DNA of 64,000 nucleotides from Mobula hypostoma (GCF_963921235.1 NC_086097.1:29514001-29578000); one strand, 5' to 3'. Shown: positions 39,404 through 51,610, counted from the stretch's first letter. The notes: a model not told the origin generated them from the sequence alone. Translations and numbers: made by a program.

Positions 39404-40969
39404 CCACATAGACACTATGGTCAAGCTCACTGGTGCTTCTACTTCCTCAGGAGGCAAAGGAAATTTGGCTTGCCCCTTAATTTTATCGGTGCACCATAGA
39501 AAGCATCCTGTGTCGATGTGACACAGGTTGTTATGACAACTGCTCTGTCCCCGACCACAAGAAACTGCAGAGAGTTGTGGACACAGCTCAGCACATCACT
39601 GAAACCAGCCTCCCCTCCATGGACTCTGTCTACATTTCCTGCTGCCTCAGTAAAGTAGTCGGCATAATTGAAGACCCCACCCACCTCAGACATTCTCTCT
39701 TTCCCCCCTCCCATCGGGCAGAATCAGCACCAGTCTCAAGGATAGCGTCTACCTCGCTGTTATAAAACTAATGAATGATTCCCTGGTACGATAGACGGCC
39801 TGTCGACCTCATTACCTACCCCATAATGGTCTGTGAGCTTTGTTGTCTACCTGCATTGTGCTCTCTCCGTAATTGTAACACTTTATTCTGCATTTTGTTA
39901 TTGCTTTCCCTTGTACTGTCTCAATGCGCAGTTGTAATGAATTGATCTGTATGGGCAGTAAGCAAGACGAGCTTTTCACTGCACTTTGGTACACTGACAG
40001 TAACAAACCCAGTCACTGTTCTGTCATCTCACATATAACTAAATTCTGCATCTCTACTTTCCCATGAGAGTAAATAACTTGCATTACCTAGATTATATTC
40101 CTGTCAAGTTTTTGCCAGTTACTCAACTCAATGGAATTAGTTCAATATCAACATGCTATTGTCACATGTCTTACGAACTTTTTTCTCTTTTTCCTTTGTC
40201 TGTTCTCTTACTTCTCTTCTTCTCATCTGCCCATCACCTGCCTCTGGTGCCCCTCCTCCTTCCCTTTCTTCCATGATTCACTCTCCTATCCTATCAGATT
40301 CCTTCTTCCTCAGCACTTTACCCTTTCCACCTGTCACTCCCACTTCCCTAGTCACTAACCTTTCCCGATCACCTTCCATCACCCTGACGTGTAAAAAAGG
40401 CACCCACCACTCTGTGTAAAAAACTACTAGCTCTGATATCTCCGTGAAACCTTTCTCCAATCACCTTAAATGCACGTCCTCTGGTATTAGCCATTGCTGT
40501 CCTGCGGAAAAAGCACTGGATATCCTCTCTATCTATACCTCCTAGCATCATGTACACCTCAATCAAATCACCTTTCATCCTTCTTCGCTTCAAAGAGAAA
40601 AGCCCCAATCTGCTCAACCTTTCCTCATAAGACGTGCTCTCTAATCCAGGCAGCGTCCTGGGAAATCTCCTCTGCACCCTAAAACATCCACATCCTTCCT
40701 ATAAGGTGACCAGGATCAAACACAATACTCCACGTGTGGTCTAACCAGAGTTTTACAGAATATAGATAGGGTAAATGCAAACAGGCTTCACGGTTGCTGG
40801 GTCAAAATCCTGGAACTCCTTCCCTACCAGCACTGTAGATGTACTCACACCTCGAGGTCTGCTGCTGTTCCAAGGGGGCAACTCACCACCAACCTTCTCA
40901 AGGGCAACTAGGGATGGGCAATTAAATACTGGCTCAGTCCCACGTTCTCAATTCTTGACTATTTTGAGA

Positions 40970-41680
40970 GCTTTCTATTGAGAATGATGAACAGTTGCTT
41001 GCCACTGCACACAGAAGTCAGACGACTCTGAAAAGGAAACTTCCTGAGAAGTTTTTATGAGCCTTTTGAAACTGTGATAAAATTCTTCGAATACTCAAAT
41101 GCTTCATGCAGTAATTAACTCAAGAATATTAGACACGTCATTGCTTATATGTCAGAATTATTCAATAAATTTAATGAAATTAATCTTCAATTGCAAGGAA
41201 ATGGTGTGAATTTTATCAAAGTCAAATCAGTCCTCTCTACAATTCTGTTCAAGTTAACCCTATTTAAGTTCAACATTGGCTGTTGTGACCCTTTCCAATT
41301 TCTGAGCCTCTCTGAGTTAGAAGAGAAAGAAAGAATACCAAATGATGATCCTCAAGCATACTGTGCCCACCCGGGTGAGCAGCATAAGGACATCTCTCGA
41401 TCCAATTTCCAGACAGGCTAATAAATTAATTCTTGAAACCTTGTAATGAGAAATTAACATGAAGGATGGAGGAAGAACTGATCTAACTACAAAATGACTT
41501 TGAGCTTAAGCCAAGGTTCAAAAAATTATATCAAGACTTTTGGTTGCAGAAAGAACTGTCTGAATGCCATCTTGGACTGTGGAAAAAGGTCAAGATATTC
41601 TTTATTGCCTTTCCAACTTTTTTTTTACTGGAGTGTGGTTTCAGTGCAGTAGCCCAACTTCTTTCAAAGAAACCAAACAG
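40970..41680 (+). mobile_element. hAT (Charlie/Buster-like) transposase C-terminal remnant
   Basis: LHTEVR(W)L-KG motif remnant; FNEINLQLQG; DFWLQK...FFIAFPT...ECGFSAV dimerisation-domain-like motif. Confidence 0.8.
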
Positions 41681-41694
41681 GGAGTGTGTGATGA

Positions 41695-42164
41695 GACAGC
41701 ATTGAAGGAGGTTCACTCTGCGTCTGACCCCAGGAGTACGTGATGGGACTGTGCTGAAGGAGCTTCACTCTGTGCCTGACCCCAGGAGTACGTTATGGGA
41801 CTGTGTTGAAGGAGCTTCACTCTGTGCCTGACCCCAGGAGTACGTGATGGGACTATGTTGAAGGAGCTTCACTCTGCGCCCGACCCCAGGAGTACGTGAT
41901 GGGAGTATGTTGGAGGAGCTTCACTCTGCGTCTGACCCCAGGAGTACGTGATGGGACTCTGTTGAAGGAGCTTCACTCTGTGCCTGACCCCAGGAGTACG
42001 TGATGGGACTGTGTTGAAGGAGCTTCATTCTGTGCCTGACCCCAGGAGTACGTGATGGGACTGTGTTGAAGGAGCTTCACTCTGCATCTGACCCCAGGAG
42101 TACGTGATGGGACTGTGTTGAAGGAGCTTCACTCTGTGTCTGACCCCAGGAGTATGTGATGGGA
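41695..42164. repeat. 52-bp minisatellite, about 9 copies; the last unit continues at 43404-43443
   Basis: Unit GGAGCTTCACTCTGTGCCTGACCCCAGGAGTACGTGATGGGACTGTGTTGAA, head to tail with no spacers. Confidence 0.95.
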
Positions 42165-42226
42165 GCAACACACATAAAAGTTGCTGGTGAACGCAGCAGG
42201 CCAGGCAGCATCTGTAGGAAGAGGTG

Positions 42227-42264
42227 CAGTCGACGTTTCAGGCCGTGACCCTTCGTCAGGACTA
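42227..42264 (-). ncRNA. Minimal type I hammerhead ribozyme, intact core
   Basis: Minus strand TAGTC-CTGACGA-A-GGGTCACGGCCT-GAAA-CG-TC-GACTG; GUC cleavage triplet. Confidence 0.8.
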
Positions 42265-43268
42265 ACTGAAGGAAGAGTGAGTAAGGGATTTGAAAGTTGG
42301 AGGGGGAGGGGGAGATCTGAAATGATAGGAGAAGACAGGAGGGGGAGGGATAGAGCCAAGAGCTGGACAGGTGATAGGCAAAAGGGGATACGAGAGGATC
42401 ATGGGACAGGAGGTCCGGGAAGAAAGACAAGGGGTGGGGGGGGGGGACCCAGAGGATGGGCAAGAGGTATATTCAGAGGGACTGAGGGAGAAAAAGGAGA
42501 GTGAGAGAAAGAATGTGTGCATAAAAATAAGTAACAGATGGGGTACGAGGGGGAGGTGGGGCCTTAGCGGAAGTTAGAGAAGTCGATGTTCATGCCATCA
42601 GGTTGGAGGCTACCCAGATGGAATATAAAGTGTTGTTCCTCCAACCTGAGTGTGGCTTCATCTTTACAGTAGAGGAGGCCGTGGATAGACCTGTCAGAAT
42701 GGGAATGGGATGTAGAATTAAAATGTGTGGCCACTGGGAGATCCTGCTTTCTCTGGCGGACAGAGCGTAGGTGTTCAGCAAAGCGGTCTCCCAGTCTGCG
42801 TCGGGTCTCGCCGATATATAAAAGGCCACATCGGGAGCACCGGACGCAGTATATCACCCCAGCCGACTCACAGGAAAGATGAAACCACACTCAGGTTGGA
42901 GGAACAACACCTTATATTCCATCTGGGTAGCCTCCAACCTGATGGCATGAACATTGACTTCTCAAACTTCCGCTAATGCCCCACATCCCCCTCGTACCCC
43001 ATCCGTTCTTTATTTTTAAACACACATTCTTTCTCTCACTCTCCTTTTTCTCCCTCTGTCCCTCTGAATATACCCCTTGCCCAACCTCTGGGTTCCACCC
43101 CCCCCGTCTTTCTTCCCGGACCTCCTGTCCCATGATCCTCTCGTATCCCTTTCGCCAATCACCTGTCCAGCTCTTGGCTCCATCCCTCCCCCTCCTGTCT
43201 TCTCCTATCATTTTGGATCTCCCCCTCCCCCTCCCACTTTCAAATCTCTTACTCACTCTTCCTTCAGT

Positions 43269-43306
43269 TAGTCCTGATGAAGAGTCTCGGCCTGAAATGT
43301 CGACTG
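43269..43306 (+). ncRNA. Minimal type I hammerhead ribozyme, intact core
   Basis: TAGTC-CTGATGA-A-GAGTCTCGGCCT-GAAA-TG-TC-GACTG; stem II weakened. Confidence 0.7.
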
Positions 43307-43534
43307 TACCTCTTCCTAGAGATGCTGCCTGGCCTGCTGCGTTCACCAGCAACTTTTATGTATGTTGCTTGAATTTCCAGCATCTGCAGAATTCCTGTTG
43401 TTTGAGTATGTGATGGGACTGTGTTGAAGGAACTTCACTCTGTTGGTGTAAAACTAATCTCCAGTTTGCAGACAATCCTTCTATCCAAACACATAAACAA
43501 AGAAACAATATCGTGAAGAGAAATTTGGACCCAC

Positions 43535-43728
43535 CTTCTGGCTCGAGGAGTGGTGGGATCTCAAGACTGTCTTCTGCTATCTTGAAAGCATCTTCAAGGT
43601 TTACCCGGCTCGGTCTCTCCATCGCTTTCGCCATGTCCACCAGGCTGGGCTCGACGGCCTTGATGAGCGCCAGGAAGGCGATTCCACTCCGCCAGCTGCT
43701 CCCAAAGTCCTGGACGGCCACACCATAC
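43535..43728 (-). CDS. CLMN: Calmin exon 7, CH2
   Basis: gtgtag/gtgggt; 194 nt, YGVAVQDFGSSWRSGIAFLALIKAVEPSLVDM...LEIPPLLEPE. Confidence 0.95.
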
Positions 43729-43867
43729 CTACACACAGGATACATTGAGGTAGCATGAAAGGAGAACTGAATGCAGACATGATCAAAAGAAGGTTGATAA
43801 AAAACAGCACAAGTAATTTAATTGTGAAATTATTTAATATCATTTATACATTATATGGATTAAAATA

Positions 43868-44175
43868 CAGATTAGCTTTATTTGTCACATATACATTCAT
43901 ACATTTTTACATACAGTGAAAAGCATCAACAGCCAACACAGTCTGAGGATGCCCTGGGGGCAATCTGCAAGTGACACCACACTTCCAGCGCCAACATAGC
44001 ATGCCCAAAAAATTATTAATCCTAACCCGTACATCTTTGGAATGTGGGAGGACACCAGAGCACCCAGAGGAAACCCACAAGGTCATGGGGGGAATGCACA
44101 AACTCCTTACCAACAGTGGTGGGAATTGAACCTGGGTCGCTGGCACTGTCGAGCATTGTACTAAATGCTACATAC
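43868..44175 (-). mobile_element. V-SINE with LINE-like 3' tail
   Basis: Reverse complement of the family at 20930; further copies at about 53910-54205 (-) and 63420-63668 (+). Confidence 0.75.
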
Positions 44176-44759
44176 TGTACTGTCTTTATGCTACTATAGA
44201 ACAGTATAGTGCAGGGACAGAACCTTTGGCCACGGTATTGTACTGATCTATATTAACCGGCACATTGCAAGATGAACAACACTACACTCGGATATGGCCC
44301 AAGTGCGGAGCGATGACACTGAAGCGGGTCTATAATTCACAGACTTTAATGTGAACAGAGTTAGAGGGAAAAGAAAACAATAAATGTTAGGCCAAACAGG
44401 GCCGTTAACTAAAACTTTCAAATGGAAGCTGAAGCCAACACTTCGGCTGAAAGGAATAACTAAATATAAAACGAATTCCACTAATCTTCAGAGTCAGTTG
44501 ACTCGAACAGTCCAATTTCTCAGGCAAGGCCAAATGCAAGTAGGCAGCAAAATATCGCTATGCTTATCTCAAGTCTTGACAAGCACCACGATGAAAAGAA
44601 TGGAGTTAGACACCATCACAATGAAGTAATAATTAGCTGACACGTGCCTATTCACGAGTGCAATTGCCATATCTGCTGCGCTGGCAAATCCGCGGTTGTG
44701 ACACAAAGCGTATAGAACATTGAAGAGTAGAGCAATAAAACAGGCCCTTCAGTCCGCAA

Positions 44760-45362
44760 CAGTGGTCCCCAACCTCCGGGCCGCGGACGATACTGGGCCA
44801 CAAGGTGTGCAGCGGTAGCCGGAGCGCACCCAGCACATCTTTATGAAAAAAGTTGAAATAAACAAGCTAATTAATTAGGTGCCGCCCGGCACGTAAATGT
44901 CGGCCCAGATCAGAGGCAATTGCCGATTTCACTTGCTCTACGTGATGTTCACTCCTCTTTCCAGGGCGCTGGAGCCTTTAGCTGTTCCATTGTTTGGTCA
45001 ATTTAAACGCCAGCCCAGACAGGCTGAAAAGACAGGGCTGTCAGGATCGAGGTGACATGTTGAATCTACACAAACTAATAAAGTATAGGCACTGCTGTGC
45101 TTTCTTTGTAATGACAGTTACGTGCTGGTCCCTGGACAGATCCTCTGACACTTTTCAGAGAGAGAAACGTCGATTCTTAATGCCAAAGAATTTAAAGTTA
45201 TTGACCCTCTCCACCTCAGTTCCTCCAATAAAGACTGGCTTCTGGGCGGCACCTAATTAATTAGCTTGTTTATTTCGGCTTTTTTCTTAAAGATGTGCTG
45301 GGTGCGCTCCAGCTACCGCTGCACACCTGCATGCTTCGCAGCCCAGAGGTTGGAGACCACTG
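44760..45362. mobile_element. hAT (Charlie-type) non-autonomous element with long terminal inverted repeats
   Basis: CAGTGGTCCCCAACCT...AGGTTGGAGACCACTG; inverted similarity of about 120 bp; degenerate 8-bp TSD gtccgcaa/gtccacag. Confidence 0.85.
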
Positions 45363-46942
45363 GTCCACAGTATCTGCTCTAAACACAAGGCCGAATTAAA
45401 CTAATTTCTCCTGCCTGTACACGATCCATATACTTCCGAAACCTGCACATGCATTTATCTAACAGTTTCGTAAATACCTCTATTATATCCATTTCCACCA
45501 CCACCACAACAGCCTGTTGTAGGCATCCACCACTCTGAACGTCAAAAAACTTGACCTGCATATCTCCTTTAAACCTTCCCCCCTCACCTTCAACACAGCT
45601 CCTCTTATATTTGATGTTTCTACCCTTAGAGAAAAAGATTCTGACTGTCTACACTGTCTATTCCTCTCTGAATTTTATACGATGACCCTCTTCAGCCTCC
45701 GACCCTCCAGAGAAAACAACCCACATTTGTTCAACTTGTTATACTCCCCCTGGTGGTCGTGTCACAGAGCGGTGCTGTACTGTGTGCGTCCAGGCCCTTC
45801 GGCCCAACCAGTCCATGCTAACCATGGTGCCCAGCCAGCTCGTCCTAATTTCCTGCGTTCAGCCCACACATCTCCAAGTCTTTCCCTTCCATGTACCTGT
45901 CCAAGTACTGAAATGATATTATTGTATATGCCTCAACCTCTTCCTCTGGCAGTTCGTTCTATATATACATACCATCCTCTGTGCAGATGAAGTTGCCCCT
46001 CAAGACCTTCTCAAACCTTAAGCTCACCTGAAACCTGCTCTCTTTAGTTTTGGACTCCCCTATCCTGGGGAAAAAATGGTCACCATCCAATTATCTTGGC
46101 CTCGCTTACTTTAAACCCTTCTATAAAGTAACCCCCTCATTCTCCTAAATTCGAAGGAATAAAGATCTAGCCTGGACAACCTCTCCCTATAACTCAGGCC
46201 CTTGAGTCCTGGCAACATCCTCTTAATCTTTTCTGCACTTCTTCCAGCTTAACAGCGTCTTTCTTCTAACAGGTGACCAAAACTCCAAGTACAGCCTCAC
46301 TAATGATTTATAAAACTGCAATATAACATCTCAACTCCTGTGCTCAATGATCCGCAAGAGTCACCACACATTCTGGCACCAACACAGCATACCCCACGCT
46401 GTGCAGAGCAGAGCAAGAACAACAAGACAAGTCCCTTTCTTCCTTCCCATCCACACACCTTCACCCAAGAACAGAAAATCTTCGGCCTCCGGTAAACTCG
46501 TGGATTTGCAGAGTTCCCCAGTGGACTCACAGAGACTCACAGACCCAAGGCTTCTGCTGACTTCCGACTGACCTTCGGTATCGACGCTAGGACTCAATGA
46601 TGATCTGATTAAAGAAGGGTGGCATGTGAAATGCCTTGTTCACCTGTCTGTCTGTAACACCCATGCACTTGTAATCCTAGGTCTCTCTGTTCCATTATAC
46701 TCCCGTTCACTGACAGACATTCACTGTAGAAGTCCTGCACTGGTTTGACCTTCCAAAGTACATCAGCTCACACTTCTCTGTAGCTAATACTGTTAATAGC
46801 TCACACTCTCTAATCCGGGCAACATCTTCTGCACCCTCTCCAAATCCTCCTGAAGGAATGGAAAAGCAGCCAGAGTCTCGTCTAGACCAGCAGAGGATAA
46901 AGATGGAAGACAGGCAGTGGGGAATGGAGGGAAGAAACTTAC

Positions 46943-47133
46943 TTTGCCGTTGCCCTCTGCACCCACTTCAGTAGTGCTTTAATAACCTTCCTCTGGTCCT
47001 TGTATGGGGCCAGGGGCACCGCCTCCTGGACAGAAGCAGGCTGTTTCGTCAGGTCGCTCTCATTCCCATTGTGCAAGGACGACAGGCTGTTAGTCATGGA
47101 GAAAATCTTCAGGTGGCCCGCTGCTTCCTTTAT
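46943..47133 (-). CDS. CLMN: Calmin exon 6, CH1-CH2 linker and start of CH2
   Basis: ctgcag/gtaagt; 191 nt, IKEAAGHLKIFS...YKDQRKVIKALLKWVQRATA(K), ends in phase 2. Confidence 0.93.
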
Positions 47134-47583
47134 CTGCAGTTACAGAAAGAAGATCAATAGACAGAAATAAAGGACAAAATCACCCCCCCGCCCCCCGAAG
47201 ATAGGACCCGGAGATACACATCCATCATTCCTTGAAAGTTGTTTATGTGGAGATAAGAGTGCAGATCAAGCCTTTCCATTTAACCCTACCTAATTGCAGG
47301 ACAATTCACAATGACCAATTGATCTACTAACTGGTGCGTCTTTGAAATGTGGGAGGAAATCAGTGCACCCACAGAAAAACCCATGCGGTCACGGGGAGAA
47401 TGTACGAACTCCTTACAGAGGGCACCAGTATTGAACTCTGAACTCCAAAACCCCGACTAAAATAGTGTTGTGCAAACTGCTACGTTACCATGGCACCCCA
47501 AAGTGGAATGGGGTGTAGTTTCCTTGTAGCTTAACTCTCCCATGCTTGCTTGTAATTTTATGCCATCACCTACATACGTGTAA

Positions 47584-47775
47584 CACACATAAAAGTTGCT
47601 GGTGAACGCAGCAGGCCAGGCAGCATCTCTAGGAAGAGGTCAGGACGAAGGGTCTCGGCCTGAAACGTCGACTGTACCTCTTCCTAGAGATGCTGCCTGG
47701 CCTGCTGCATTCACCAGCAACTTTTATGTGTGTTGCTTGAATTTCCAGCATCTGCAGAATTCCTGTTGGTTGGTT
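47584..47775. mobile_element. Miniature foldback Penelope-pLTR element
   Basis: 59-bp inverted arms (47582-47640, 47676-47734); partial hammerhead in the loop; 16-bp TSD ACCTACATACGTGTAA. Confidence 0.88.
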
Positions 47776-49632
47776 ACCTACATACGTGTAATTGTTCAGA
47801 GAATTTGCCAGTAGTCACGCTACAATCACTTCTGTATTTTTCCAGAAACTTCTTAGATTCAGCAGCAGGTGTCACATCACATGAGCCTTCAGAGTTTATT
47901 GGTTAATTGTTATCACTGGAACTTGTTATCTCTCGTCTGGTATGAAAAGACAACTACTTTTCATCGTTCTTTTTACTTTGTTTCTCTTGAGTTTCTTTTT
48001 CTTTGCTCGTGTAACATTTAATAAACCAGGCATAACTGACTGTTTATTTCTTTCTATAGACGCTGCCTGATCCGCCGAAACACAAACCCAGCACTCTGTG
48101 CGTGTGTAACTCTGGGTTCCAACTTTATTCCCCGGAACATAGGAGAGTGAGGGGAGATTTGATGGAGGTGTACAGAATTATGAGGGTACAGACAGGGTAA
48201 ATGCAAGCAGGCTTTTTCCACTGAGGTTGTGTGAGAGGAGAACTACAGGTCATGGGTTAAATGTGAAAGGTGAAGTGTTTAATGGGAACCTGAGGGGGAA
48301 CTTCTCACACAGAGAGTGGTGAGAGTGTGGAACGAGCTGCCGGTGGAAGTGGTGGATGTGGATTTGACTGCAACATTTAAGGGAAGTTTGGATAAGTACA
48401 TGGATGGGAGGGGTACAGAGGTCAGTGGACCAGGTGCGGGTTGATGGGACTAGGCAGAATAACAGTTCGGCATGGACTAGGTGGGCTGAAGAGGCACACA
48501 CAAAATGCTGGAGGAGCTCAGCAGGCCAGCCAGCATCTGTGGAAAGGAGTAAACAGTCGATGTTTCAAGCCGAGATGCTTCATCAGGAAAGAAAGAGGAG
48601 GGTGAGGGGTCTGTATCTGTGCTGTAGTGATCTATGACTCTGATAGAAGGGGAGGGGCTGAGACAAGAACTAGCAGGTGATGGGTGGATCCAGATGAGGG
48701 GGTAAAAGGCAAATGGGGGGGTAATGAGAATAATTACAGAAGCTGGGAGGTGATGGGTGGATGTGATAAATGACTGCACATGGCAGGAGAAGAAGGTGAA
48801 GCTTGGAACCAAATAAGGGGGGTGAGCGAGGTAGATGGTGGGGGGGGGGGTAGGGAGCCCAGTGGGAGAAGTGTGTGGGTAACAGGCAGATGGAGTGGAT
48901 GCAGGAAGGGATTCAAGGTAATTAGCCAAAGAAACACAGACACTGGGGTGGGGCGGCAGATAAATTAACTTAATCAAAAACAGCCTGGCCTGGAGTGGCA
49001 ATGGGAAGCAAGCTTACGAGTGAATAAAGCCGGGGGTTCCTAACCTTGTTTAAGCCATGGACTCCTACCATTAACCAAGGGGTCCTTGGAACCCCTGGAA
49101 TAAAGTCAACGGGAAAGCCATACAGGTTCGTGGGGAGCCAGTCTGTTTCAGACTGAGACATGAATATTCAGGATATTTATTGATTTTTTTATTTCGAGAT
49201 GCAGCTTGGTAACAGCTCTCCCACGCTGCCCAATGGCATCCAGGTAACCAATTAACCTGGAAAACGGCACATGGTGGGAAGCTGCACTCAGAGAAAAGCC
49301 ACACAGTCACAGGGAGAACATGCAAACTCTTTACAGACAGTGACTGTAATCATGCCCAGGAACCACCTACTAACACTGCACACTTTTGGGATGTGGGAAA
49401 ACACCAGAGCACCCGGAGGAAACCCACACGGTCTCCGGGAGAATCCACTTCTTTCAGACAGCCGCAGGATTGAAACTGGGTTGCTGGTGTTGTAATAGCA
49501 TTACACGACTGTGCAGTCCGCAAATGGGTCGCATGCAGAAAGGATTCAGTTCAATTCGGCATGGTGTCTGAGACAGACGTTGTTCCTGTGATGATACTGC
49601 TCCCACGGAGGAAGAGTGTGTCACCGCCTTAC

Positions 49633-49725
49633 CTGGAAGTGAAGGATGATGTTCCAGATCAAGCCCAGGATCATCGAAGGGTTGCCGTCTGCAATCTCAG
49701 GGGCATCGATGCTGACCAGCTTCAC
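49633..49725 (-). CDS. CLMN: Calmin exon 5, end of CH1
   Basis: gacag/gtaagg; 93 nt, [31 protein letters not shown]. Confidence 0.95.
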
Positions 49726-50752
49726 CTGTCATCAGAAGACAGTGAGTGGCCACAACATTCACAATGACCGCTTCCAGTTACTGCCCGTCCCCTCGCGCTG
49801 TATGAACATGGGCTATAAACCTCCCTGTCCCACTCCCATCAGGAAAAGAGGCCATGCAGCATTCACAGCAGGACCGCCAGACTCAGACAGACACATCCCC
49901 CGAGCCGTCCGGCTGATCAACACCTCTACTCACTAACCCAGCCCATACTCGTTACTTTATCATTTCCTGCCAGAGTCACCTTATGTACTGCAGGCTAGTG
50001 CCACTTCACGTGCAGTACAATCAGTCTGTATAGATATGAGCTAATCCTATGTCTTTATATTTATTGTGTTTTTACTGAGTTCTTTACTCTTACTGTGTTT
50101 TTTTTAAACCCGTGTCAGATCTCGAGCACCAATCATTTTGTAAACACAAGGAATTCCGCAGGTGCTGGAAATCTAGCGTTTTGTGTGTGTTGCTAACAAT
50201 CACTCTGTTCTCCTTTACGCTTGTGCATTGACAAATGACAACAACCAATCTTCAATCTCAAACCCTCAACCTGTCCGGGAAACAGAGGTAGGTTTTTTTT
50301 TTAAATACAGAGAGAGCGGCGGATGCGTGGAATTGGGCAAAAGGCTGCAGAAGGAATCTGCGAGGGGAGAACACAGCATCATGTGAAACTAGGTGAGTGG
50401 GTGGGAGAGCCCTTTGCCTCTTCCACCCATCACCTGCCAGCTTTTTACTTCATTCCCGTTCTCTCCCCACCCACCCGCCTTTCCCCTCACCAGGTCTCAC
50501 CCGTCACCCGCCAGCTTGAACTCCTCCCTTCCCCCACCTTCGTACTCTGGTTTCCTCCCCCCCATCCTTTCCAGCCCCGAAGGAGGGTGTTGGCCCGAAA
50601 CCCCAATGTTTACTCCCCTCCACTGATGCTGCCCGAGCAGCTGCGTCTCCTGCTCAAAATCTCATGTCTCTGTGGAGTGGATGTGAGGTGTCATGGAATT
50701 ATTTTGAAAAGTGTGCAAATGGCAGGTAGAGCTACACAGATACAACACTCAC

Positions 50753-50836
50753 ATAGCCATCCTCCAGGAATTTCAGGGCTCGGGCGATGTTGTTCAGCCG
50801 GAAAATCCGATGCCTTGAGTGCTTGTACTGGTGCAT
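50753..50836 (-). CDS. CLMN: Calmin exon 4, CH1
   Basis: tttgttcag/gtgagt; 84 nt, MHQYKHSRHRIFRLNNIARALKFLEDGY. Confidence 0.95.
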
Positions 50837-50852
50837 CTGAACAAAGAAAGAG

Positions 50853-51610
50853 GGCATCGGTCAGCAGGTACAGGCAGTAATGGTTAGCTGCCAATCTACA
50901 GTTATACCCATGGCTCACCGGTATATCCCGGGCATCGGTCAGCAGGTACAGGCAGTAACGGTTAGCTGCCAATCTACAGCTACACCCATGGCTCACTGGT
51001 ATATGCCAGGCATCGGGGCACTAGTCAGCAGATGCATGCAGTAATTGCCAGCTGCCAATCTGCAGTTATACTCGGGTATATATTGCTGGTATATACCCGG
51101 GCATCAGTCAGCAGATGTAGGCAGTAACGGTTAGCTGCCAATCTAGTTATACCCATGGCTCACTAGTATATCCCGGGCATTGATCATCAGGTACAGGCAG
51201 TAATTGCCAGCTGCCAATCTACAGTTTATATCCATGGCTTGCTGGTATATGCCAGGTACCAGGGCATCAGTTAGCAGATTAGATCAGTAATGGCTAGCTG
51301 CCAACCTGCAGTTATACCCATGGCTCACTGGTATATGCCAGGCACCGGGGCACCGGTCAGTTGATGCAGGCAGCAATGGCCCACTGCCAATCTGCAGATA
51401 TACCCATGGCTCGCTGGTATATGCCAAGCATCGGGGCACTGGTCAGCTGATGCAGGCAGCAATGGCCCGCTGCCAATCTGCAGATATACCCATGGCTTGC
51501 TGGTATATGCCAAGCATCGGGGCACCGGCCAGCTGATGCAGGCAGCAATGGCCAGCTGCCAATCTGCAGTTATACCCATGGCTTGCTGGTATATGCCAGG
51601 CATGGGGCAA
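50853..51610. repeat. Minisatellite, 78-bp and 86-bp unit variants, about 9 copies
   Basis: Recurring ...GCTGCCAATCTGCAGTTATACCCATGGCT(C/T)(A/G)CTGGTATATGCCAGGCATCGG...; periods 78 (50873 to 50951) and 86 (51369, 51455, 51541). Confidence 0.9.

Larger units (their letters stand above)
42165..43403. mobile_element. Palindromic Penelope-like insertion (inverted pLTRs, GIY-YIG remnant)
   Basis: Arms 42165-42665 and 42875-43368 are inverted copies; spacer encodes GVIYCVRCSRCGLLYIGETRRRLGDRFAEHL on minus; 15-bp TSD GAGTATGTGATGGGA. Confidence 0.93.

Noticed and set aside
41695..42164. Regular repeat array resembling CRISPR
   Set aside because: Units are contiguous 52-mers with no unique spacers, there are no cas genes, and the context is a vertebrate intron; it is a minisatellite.
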